A stretch of DNA of 64,000 bases, from the NCBI GenBank assembly GCA_039922055.1, contig JBDSAP010000065.1:360-64359 (forward strand). Reading direction: 5' to 3'. The notes below the pieces were generated by a model. That model did no database searches. It was given only the letters and a program-made list of their open reading frames with translations, and had not been told where the DNA came from. The position numbers and the translations under genes are program-made. Position 1 is the first letter of the stretch, and each line of letters starts with the position of its first letter. Of the stretch, positions 17,117-24,880 are shown piece after piece. The stretch comes from Ferruginibacter sp. (GTDB taxonomy: Bacteria; Bacteroidota; Bacteroidia; Chitinophagales; Chitinophagaceae).

Positions 17117-17514
17117 GCCACGAATGCACGAATGAACACGAATATATTTTATTTTATTTTTCGGTTTGATTCATTCTCCTGTGCAATTAGATAGTCAAAA
17201 AATATTGTGCCCATTCGTGACATTTCTTTATAAAAGCAATTCCTGCTCTTTTTCATTGGCAAAGCAATTCGTGTCTATTCGTGTATTCGTGGCATTTCTT
17301 TACAAAAGCAATTCGTGTCGATTCGTGCATTCGTGGCATTTCTTTATAAAAGCAATTCGTGTCTATTCGTGTATTCGTGGCATTTCTTTACAAAACAAAT
17401 TCGTGCCCATTCGTGCATTCGTGGCGTTTCCTTAGCAAACAAATTCGTGTCCATTCGTGCATTTGTGGCGTTTCCTTAACAAAACAAATTCGTGTTCATT
17501 CGTGCATTCGTGGC
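17117..17514. repeat. 398-bp foldback element: perfect 27-bp terminal inverted repeats enclosing a 44-bp tandem array (6 full units plus degenerate ones) of triple ATTCGTG heptads
   Basis: 17117-17143 (GCCACGAATGCACGAATGAACACGAAT) is the exact reverse complement of 17488-17514. Unit starts are at 17267, 17311, 17355, 17399, 17443 and 17488. The unit is ATTCGTGtctATTCGTGyATTCGTGGCatttctttayaaaagca. Confidence 0.92.
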
Positions 17515-17528
17515 ATATATTTTTGATA

Positions 17529-17571
17529 CCGGGCATTTGTTTTTTATAGCATCATCGTTGTGTCACAGTAC
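17529..17571 (+). repeat. dispersed TTTTT(C)AT-GCATCATCGTTGTGTC element copy
   Basis: CCGGGCATTTGTTTTTTATAGCATCATCGTTGTGTCACAGTAC. A degenerate inverted relative lies at 17890-17917 (GTACAAGAGGGCGATGCGACGATGTTCC). Confidence 0.75.
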
Positions 17572-17776
17572 TTTCATCGCCATACCTTTGGGGATCTTTT
17601 CCCACCATATATTTAACCCAACATATTCAGCGGCCGCTTGCACATAATAGACTTTTCCTTTCATTGTTTTAAATGAATATACTTGCGGCACGAATACAAT
17701 TCGTAAAAATATCTTTTATCAAGCAATATCGCTGGTTAATGAGCACCTGCAAATCAGCGAGCAACTTTTATCATCC

Positions 17777-17821
17777 TACTCTTGTCTTTCCTCCTCCCCT
17801 TGGGGGAGGCCGGGTGGGGCC
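17777..17821 (+). repeat. solo REP-like hairpin element (same family as 8995-9560)
   Basis: ACTCTTGTCTTTCCTCCTCCCCTTGGGGGAGGCCGGGTGGGGCC. Confidence 0.85.
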
Positions 17822-17955
17822 AAGCCGGCTACTCAGCACACATTTACTATCATTAGACTTTTGTCTTTTTGCTCCCCAAAGCTTTTTTTGTACAAGAGGG
17901 CGATGCGACGATGTTCCTTTATATTCTACCGCCCGGGCCCTTGATATTCTTTATA

Positions 17956-19173
17956 TCATTTCTTCCACAGATTCTTTGTTCTTAGTGGAAGGCCGGGTAG
18001 TTGTGGCAAAGTGGAAACCGGTTTATCCAAATAAAAATAGGCGGTTGCAGACACATCATCTGACCGGTAAAAGTTGGAAAAACCTTCGGGCAAACCGGGC
18101 GTATCGAGTATTAAAAGACTATCTTTTTTATAATAAGGATGTATCTTTTTTTGATCATCAATGGCGACTGGTATCAATGGCACGCCCTTCTTTTGCAATT
18201 GGCTGACGAGGCCTTTCCGGTTGCCTCCCATCTGTTGTAATGTAACGCGGCAATCGGTTTTAAAAAAGATCGGGTCAGGAATATGATAGCGGTAAAATGC
18301 CCAGCCGCTGCTATCTGTATTTGCAAAAAGGCAGCCTGTGTAATCGTTGTGAAATTCACCCTGCCCCCAGCCTGTGCCAATATAATCTTCAGCACCAGTA
18401 CCAACCAGCGTCGGAAACTCCTTATCTCCATCAAGAAACATTTTTACTTCACCTTCGCCCCACCAATATTGTTCATAAATGGGATTGGCTTTGATGCCGA
18501 TATTTACGCCGAGGAATCTGCCTTTACCATTAACACGGGGAAGCAATTCATAGTCCTTCGCCAACTCTGTAGCGGTATCGCGGTTCCAATATGCATGCAA
18601 ATACATATTGCCGGGATTCCATTTTTCAACACGCTGAAAATCTACATCAAAGAAAAGATGGCTCAGGCGTTTGCCGGATTCATTGGTGACCTGTATACGG
18701 GCCGCCTTTTTAAATGGCATCGGAATATAACAGATAAAGGATCGTCCTTCGGGATTACCAAATAAAGCATTGTTGTATTTAGCAGTTTTTCCTAAACCCA
18801 TTCCAAAAAAATCACCAAAGGGGACTGACACGGCTGGCTTTTTTTCATCATCCCAAAACATTTCCAGCTTAAGAGAACGCAGCATTTCGGGTGAACGATC
18901 CATGATGGTTACCCATATCCTGTTGATAATACCCTGCCCTTTTACATTTAATAGCACCTCTGTTTCTCCGGCCTCTACACCATCTGAAGGATGACCTTTA
19001 GCGCCATTATTTTCCATGCCGCCTTTTCCTTTTTCAGCAGTGATATTTTCGAAACTGCTCCAGCGTGGACTGAGGTTTGGATCAAATTCAAATATGGGTT
19101 TTGCTGAATTAAGTTGTGCATTGGCCATGAAGCAAAAAAAGCTACAACCTGCTGCCAATAAAATATTTCTCAT
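17956..19173 (-). CDS. exported DUF2961 / GH172-family protein (furanoside-active family)
   Basis: Signal peptide MRNILLAAGCSFFCFMANAQ. The hallmark YWWGEGEVKMFLDGDKEFPTLVGTGAEDYIGTGWG is present. Confidence 0.8.
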   Translation of the reverse strand: MRNILLAAGCSFFCFMANAQLNSAKPIFEFDPNLSPRWSSFENITAEKGKGGMENNGAKGHPSDGVEAGETEVLLNVKGQGIINRIWVTIMDRSPEMLRSLKLEMFWDDEKKPAVSVPFGDFFGMGLGKTAKYNNALFGNPEGRSFICYIPMPFKKAARIQVTNESGKRLSHLFFDVDFQRVEKWNPGNMYLHAYWNRDTATELAKDYELLPRVNGKGRFLGVNIGIKANPIYEQYWWGEGEVKMFLDGDKEFPTLVGTGAEDYIGTGWGQGEFHNDYTGCLFANTDSSGWAFYRYHIPDPIFFKTDCRVTLQQMGGNRKGLVSQLQKKGVPLIPVAIDDQKKIHPYYKKDSLLILDTPGLPEGFSNFYRSDDVSATAYFYLDKPVSTLPQLPGLPLRTKNLWKK

Positions 19174-19215
19174 GTATTGATATTAATTATTTGATAGAAA
19201 TTATTAGCAGCAATA

Positions 19216-20565
19216 CTACAGCTTTGGATAACTCTTCGACACATCATCCAGCACCAATATCCAATCCTTTCCGTAGCCGGAAGATGGAGGAGTAAATAAT
19301 TTCGTTCCCGAGTTTTGCACAACTTCGATATCAGTGGTTTTGCCATTGCGTGGATCGTACCAGTAAGCTTGTAATTGTGGGCCTTTTATTTTACCCAGGT
19401 TTACTGTAAACGGTTTTCCAACGGAGCTATAAACAAAAAGGTAATCCAGTCCGCGGCAAGCCTGTATGCGTTCGTATACATCCTGATCATTCTCTTTGAT
19501 AAGTGATTGATCAGGCACCCGATCCAGGAACGGATGCGATTCGACTAACTTTTTTGCAAAAATCATCTGGTTAGCGCCGGGAAGCTCCAGTGCATCGTAC
19601 CAAAACAAATGCGGTCCATTCACACCCTCGTATTTGGAAGAATACATTTGCCAGATATCGTGACAACCATAAGTATGGCCAAATGCACCAGCAAACAGAC
19701 CCAGGTAAGCAGACTTTCTTACATCAAAAGCATTAGAGGTACCAAGGTCTTTTGCATTGAAGCAAACCGGGTGGTCTTCATAAATGGGTTCTGCGTCCAT
19801 CACGGGTTTAGCCGGGCTAAGATTGTACACCGCCTGGATTTTATCATATACTTCATTGTCCCGGCAGTGACCTGTTTGAAACATGTTAAAACTTAACCAA
19901 TCATCCTGGTGGAACCACTCGGCAGAGCCAAGCTTACTTGGTTGCGGGTGAAAACTGATCACAGCCTTATTTGCAGTAGCCTTCATGATTGCCTTGCCCA
20001 TCGCCCTCCATACACTCACGTCTTTTTCATCTCTTGGCCTGCGATCTCCGCCTAATATCCAGATAATATTTTTTTTATCCTTGTACCGGTTAGCAAGCCA
20101 TCCGGCATAGGCAGCTCCATTCTGCTCATTAAAGATTTCAGGCCCCTTTCCCCATTTATCCTTGAATACTTTATCGCCCCATGTCGGCAACATGCCGATA
20201 CTAATATTATAAGAAGCAGCTTTGTCAATGATATAATCTACATGTTCAAAATACTTTTCATTTGGTTGGGAAGGATCTTCATTAACAAAAGGCAGATCGC
20301 CATTTGCATTTGGGACCCGCATTCCATCCATCTCCGCCAGTACCACGGCTTGTATCACTGTAAAACCCTGCTCACTTCTTCTCTTGAGGTACCTGTCGGT
20401 CTCGGCCCTGTCAAGCCGGTGAAAAAGTTCCCAACCAGTATCGCCAAGCCAGAAAAAAGGCTTATTATCCTTCAACAAAAAACGCTTGTTTGCGCTCACG
20501 CTAAATTGCGTAAACCCCGGGAGAGTAAATGCGATCAGGAGTGCCGCACTAAGGAACTTTCTCAT
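19216..20565 (-). CDS. exported DUF4038 / GH140-like glycoside hydrolase with C-terminal beta-sandwich domain
   Basis: The likely start is M21 at 20565 (MRKFLSAALLIAFTLPGFTQ). The N-terminal hallmark is KPFFWLGDTGWELFHRL. A TIM-barrel-like body follows, then a C-terminal domain of about 90 aa. Confidence 0.75.
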   Translation of the reverse strand: MRKFLSAALLIAFTLPGFTQFSVSANKRFLLKDNKPFFWLGDTGWELFHRLDRAETDRYLKRRSEQGFTVIQAVVLAEMDGMRVPNANGDLPFVNEDPSQPNEKYFEHVDYIIDKAASYNISIGMLPTWGDKVFKDKWGKGPEIFNEQNGAAYAGWLANRYKDKKNIIWILGGDRRPRDEKDVSVWRAMGKAIMKATANKAVISFHPQPSKLGSAEWFHQDDWLSFNMFQTGHCRDNEVYDKIQAVYNLSPAKPVMDAEPIYEDHPVCFNAKDLGTSNAFDVRKSAYLGLFAGAFGHTYGCHDIWQMYSSKYEGVNGPHLFWYDALELPGANQMIFAKKLVESHPFLDRVPDQSLIKENDQDVYERIQACRGLDYLFVYSSVGKPFTVNLGKIKGPQLQAYWYDPRNGKTTDIEVVQNSGTKLFTPPSSGYGKDWILVLDDVSKSYPKL

Positions 20566-20881
20566 AAGTGTTGAATGTTTATAGCCATTTAATCTTTTAC
20601 ATAGTTTTGCAATCGTCTGAAACAATTATAAAATTATCTTTTAAAACTGAACTATAATGCCGTACTGTACTGGTAAGATTATATTCTTTGTCGGGAGAAT
20701 TATTCGTAACGCTTAGCAGCATACGAAGTGGCAATAAACCATCAACAAATTAATTTATGAAAATCGTTATAAAACGAACCGTCGAAAAACTGAGCAACTA
20801 ATGCAATAAGATGTAGGAATAATGCCAATAGTAACCAGGTGTTTGTAACTGAAGAAAAGCGACACAAATAAATACGGTGCT

Positions 20882-23800
20882 TTACTTACTAAATATTACT
20901 CTTTTTACCCCCTTACTATTGATAGCTTCTACTTTTGTTATATTCGAATTGATAGCGATAAACCTGGACGATTGTGATTGAAAAGAATTGCCATAATACA
21001 TTTCCTCTTTTCTAACGAGTCCATTGTTTAAAGTGATCAACGCGGCTTTGTCGCCTGCTTCAAGTGCCACCAGCTTTTGAGTGTTATCTTTCTTGCTGAA
21101 TATTTTTAACGGGCCCCTGTTTTCGGACGAAGCCAGCAAATAACCATTGTCACTTTTCAATTTTATCAAGGCCTTTGCATCCCCCGGTATCAATATGCCG
21201 CTTTGTAAAATAGTTTGTGTTGCAAACGCTCCTTTTCCATCCCCGGTCAGCAAGAGGCTATTCATTGCATCGTATCTGCCATTGGTAACTTCAGTACCAA
21301 AATCATTGCCGCTTAACAGTATGTCAAGGTTACCATCGTTATTAAAATCGTCTGCCACCATTCCGTAAACCGGGGCCAGTTGCGCAAGTGCCGGCAACGG
21401 TACTAACTGAAATTTTCCGCCACCAACATTTTTTATAAAACTTGTTTTAAAATTATTTGCTTTCAAATGCAGTGCATCCTTTAACTCTTCCTCAGAAAAT
21501 AAACCGTGAATATCCGCGTTCGCAAAATCTTTGTAAGTAAGGAATTTTCTTTTTAAAGGCGGCAACTGCTCAACAATGTCGTCCCTGTTTTGAGCGGTAT
21601 ATTCTTTCCTTTTTCCTTCCGTATCTTTTAGGTAAAGCGTGGTAATTGCATCGAAGCTTTTGTTCTTGTCAAAATCTTTTCCGTAAACACTTACAGGATA
21701 TTCATTGCTTGCACGGTAAAAAGAATTTTCGCCAAGGTTGCCGGCTATATAATCGATATCACCATCATTATCAAAATCACCTGCTGCTATACTACTCCAC
21801 CAGCCTACTTCATTATTGATACCCGATTGCGCTACATTTTGAAACTTGCCATGATCATTTTTTAGAAATGTGACCGGCATCCATTCACCTGCGAGCACCA
21901 GGTCTACAAAGCCATCATTGTCATAGTCACTCCACAAAGCATCGCATACCAACCCTATATTTTGCAATCCCTTTGCTACCTCAGCGGTAACATCCGTGAA
22001 TTTTATAACGCCCCCTTTCGAATCGTTTCGATAAATAAAAGAGCTTACGGGTTGCGGGTATTTTCCGGGTAGGCATCTGCCACCAATAAACAGGTCGAGA
22101 TCGCCATCATTATCATAATCAGCAGCCTTCACACAGCTTTTGCTAACATAATTTTTTGGAAAGGCAGTTGTATCAAAACTGTAATTTCCTTTTCCATCGT
22201 TGATGAGAAACAGGTCCTGGTAATTTTTTGTATTGGCTGCAAATTCGTTACTGCCGCTGGCACAATAAAGGTCAAGGTCGCCATCGTTATCTGCATCAAA
22301 AAGGAGCAGGCCTTCGTTCTCCGGCCTGCGTGCATCTGGCGCCGTTATGTTGGGCAGGGGCTTTATAGTAAACTTGCCGCCTGCCTGTTGCATAAAAAAT
22401 TTGCCAGGGTAATCTCCGCTGCCACCAATAAGTATATCATCCAGCCCATTACCATCTACATCGCCTGCCGCCAGTCCTGGCCCGTACTGCGATAACTTGT
22501 GCGGCAATAACCGTTCTATATTAAAATCAATGTAATCGTACTCATGGTGCACATAATTTATTCCGGCAATGTTGGTAATATCCGCAAACAAGGCTTTAGA
22601 AGCAATGGGATCCTGGCCCCAGCCATCTTGTAAATCAGCATTTTTTATATCGGCTACCAGTAATTGATTGACTTTTACATTCAACATTTTTTGCTTTTTA
22701 TTTCCCGGCCAGCGAATAATAACTGAATCGATTGAAGCGGTATTTCCGAGACCGAAATATGCCTTTGTATCCACCGTGGAGAGGTAGCCGCGGTAGGGTG
22801 AATTTTCATACACCTGCTGTTTTCCATTCGCATAGTATATTTCTGCCCAGGCTCCAAGGCCAAAGGCATTTTTGTTGTCGCCTTTAAATTTTACAGAAAG
22901 AAAATTTGATGAATCTTTATCGATCTGCCTCGCTTTATTTTCATAAACAAAAGCATCTTCATTAATGTTGTTCACTACATAATCAACATCTCCATCATTG
23001 TCCAGGTCAGCATAAATGGCGCCCGTTGAAAATGAAGGATCGCCAAGCCCCCACTCTTTTGCCATGTTTACAAATTTCAAATCCCCATTGTTTTTAAAAG
23101 CATAGTTGGCTACTTTGATCTGTGGTATTTGTTCAATTATCGTCTCTTTGCTCGCAAGGTTTTGCGCCTTACTTCTGAAAGCGGCAAAATCATGATCGGT
23201 AACATCTTTAGGATATCCATTGGTGATAATAATATCCCGATTGCCGTCATTGTCCACATCTGCTATCGACGGTGTCCAGCTCCAGTCAGTTTCAGCTACG
23301 CCTGCATAAAAACTTATATCGCCAAAAACCGGGTGTGCAACAGAATCATTTGCACCAACCGATGGCCCCATATTTAACTGCAATGTATTGCGAACATATT
23401 GCAGCATAAGATTTTCATACATCATGCTTTGGTACACGTAATAGTTATTGCTGGCCATGTTTTTTTTCTTGCGGAAGTTGTCTTCAGGATTCATATCAAC
23501 GGCAATTACATCCGCCAGGCCATCGTTGTTAATATCCGCGATATCGTTGCCCATCGCATTTTGAGAAGTATGCTTAAAATATGATTTGACCTGGTTGGTA
23601 AACGTGCCATTTTTATTGTTGATATAAAGTAAATCGCTCCCAAAAAAATCGTTGGTAATATAAATATCTTTCCATCCATCTTTATTAATATCAGCAATAG
23701 AAATACCAAGACCAAAGCCTATATCTGTAATGCCTGCTTCTTTTGAAACATCCGTAAATACAGGATGCCTGAGAGAATCGTTGTAATCGTTCCGGAAAAG

Positions 23801-24481
23801 TTTATCAACATCTGATCTGTCGGCCGCAATATTATTTCCGCCAAAACTTGCTGCCTGCCTTTTTGCGAGTTTTGTTTCAACAAGATACATATCAAGATCG
23901 CCATCATTATCATAATCGAAGAACGCGGCATGCACTGAGAAGCCGGTATCAGCAAGTCCATATTCCTGTGAGCGCTCTTTAAAAACCGGGATGCCATCCT
24001 TGTTTTTTCCTTCATTGATATACAAAAGATTCTTTCGCTGCCCAACATTTTTAATGGAGGTGCAAACATAAATATCCTCAAGCCCATCTCCATTGATATC
24101 CACTACAGATGCGGCATTGCACCAGGAGCCAGCTCCATCCACTCCTGCCGTAGTCGTAATATCATCAAAAGATAAATTGCCTTTATTCAGGTAAAGTTTA
24201 TTGGAAACGGTGCTTGCAGTAAAGTACAGGTCGGGTAAGCCATCGCTATTAAAATCGCCTACTGCTACGCCACCGCCATTGTATAAAAATTCCATATCAA
24301 TGGGATTGATGGAATCATTCTCAATTACAACATTATTAAAATGAATACCAGTTTTGGCGGCGGGCAGTTTGTTAAAAAGTGTAGCCTGGTCGTTGCAAGA
24401 CGCAAGGAAGAATAGAGCGCTGACAAAAAACACAGCGCATGAATATTTGAACACAGGACTTCTGGATGTTAGATAAGGCAT
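20882..24481 (-). CDS. CRTAC1-like FG-GAP/VCBS-repeat lipoprotein with ASPIC/UnbV-type C-terminal region
   Basis: The likely start is M27 at 24481 (MPYLTSRSPVFKYSCAVFFVSALFFLASCND lipobox). The track N-terminus runs into the 142-bp repeat. There are more than 12 Ca-binding loops of the type DFNSDGLPDLY, DINGDGLEDIY and DYDNDGDLDMY. Confidence 0.85.
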   Translation of the reverse strand: MPYLTSRSPVFKYSCAVFFVSALFFLASCNDQATLFNKLPAAKTGIHFNNVVIENDSINPIDMEFLYNGGGVAVGDFNSDGLPDLYFTASTVSNKLYLNKGNLSFDDITTTAGVDGAGSWCNAASVVDINGDGLEDIYVCTSIKNVGQRKNLLYINEGKNKDGIPVFKERSQEYGLADTGFSVHAAFFDYDNDGDLDMYLVETKLAKRQAASFGGNNIAADRSDVDKLFRNDYNDSLRHPVFTDVSKEAGITDIGFGLGISIADINKDGWKDIYITNDFFGSDLLYINNKNGTFTNQVKSYFKHTSQNAMGNDIADINNDGLADVIAVDMNPEDNFRKKKNMASNNYYVYQSMMYENLMLQYVRNTLQLNMGPSVGANDSVAHPVFGDISFYAGVAETDWSWTPSIADVDNDGNRDIIITNGYPKDVTDHDFAAFRSKAQNLASKETIIEQIPQIKVANYAFKNNGDLKFVNMAKEWGLGDPSFSTGAIYADLDNDGDVDYVVNNINEDAFVYENKARQIDKDSSNFLSVKFKGDNKNAFGLGAWAEIYYANGKQQVYENSPYRGYLSTVDTKAYFGLGNTASIDSVIIRWPGNKKQKMLNVKVNQLLVADIKNADLQDGWGQDPIASKALFADITNIAGINYVHHEYDYIDFNIERLLPHKLSQYGPGLAAGDVDGNGLDDILIGGSGDYPGKFFMQQAGGKFTIKPLPNITAPDARRPENEGLLLFDADNDGDLDLYCASGSNEFAANTKNYQDLFLINDGKGNYSFDTTAFPKNYVSKSCVKAADYDNDGDLDLFIGGRCLPGKYPQPVSSFIYRNDSKGGVIKFTDVTAEVAKGLQNIGLVCDALWSDYDNDGFVDLVLAGEWMPVTFLKNDHGKFQNVAQSGINNEVGWWSSIAAGDFDNDGDIDYIAGNLGENSFYRASNEYPVSVYGKDFDKNKSFDAITTLYLKDTEGKRKEYTAQNRDDIVEQLPPLKRKFLTYKDFANADIHGLFSEEELKDALHLKANNFKTSFIKNVGGGKFQLVPLPALAQLAPVYGMVADDFNNDGNLDILLSGNDFGTEVTNGRYDAMNSLLLTGDGKGAFATQTILQSGILIPGDAKALIKLKSDNGYLLASSENRGPLKIFSKKDNTQKLVALEAGDKAALITLNNGLVRKEEMYYGNSFQSQSSRFIAINSNITKVEAINSKGVKRVIFSK

Positions 24482-24533
24482 TCTTAATAATAATTTTTTA
24501 GAGCAATATTTATTCCCGGTCTTTTCCTTATAG

Positions 24534-24674
24534 TAAACAAGGGATAAAATAATGAACAATTTTTTTGAACCCAGCAGAAGTTTTTCAATTAAGCTTCATT
24601 GGCGTCGCACTCTTATACATTTTATCAATAAGGAGCACAATACCAGGTAACTAATTTATTCCTTTCGCTGTATA
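24534..24674. repeat. 142-bp conserved intergenic element, copy 2 of 3
   Basis: See 3464-3606. This copy lies 53 nt upstream of the VCBS lipoprotein ATG (24481). Confidence 0.9.
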
Positions 24675-24880
24675 ATTTGAAATTAGGCCACCACCATAGA
24701 AAATGAAAACGAAATGGCTCCTTCGTTTTCTGTAATATATTTCGGCAATCAATTTCAAACATACCAAAATAATTTATTAACTGGATACCTAATTGTTGCA
24801 CGCCATAAAGTACCCAGCAGCAACAGGGAAGGCCCAATAACATTTTTTTTCTAATAAAAGAATAGTACGCCGTTGAGTGA

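Noticed and set aside
17166-17435. 89-aa ORF across the 44-bp tandem array, and 177-aa ORF 17673-18206
   Set aside because: The unit length of 44 is not a multiple of 3, so the peptide is not even internally periodic. The second ORF runs through REP and other repeats and overlaps the GH172-like CDS in antisense.
24625-24843. 72-aa minus-strand ORF between GH78-2 and the VCBS gene
   Set aside because: It starts outside and ends inside the 142-bp repeat, and it has no counterpart at the other two copies. The Cys/Trp-rich sequence has no recognisable features.
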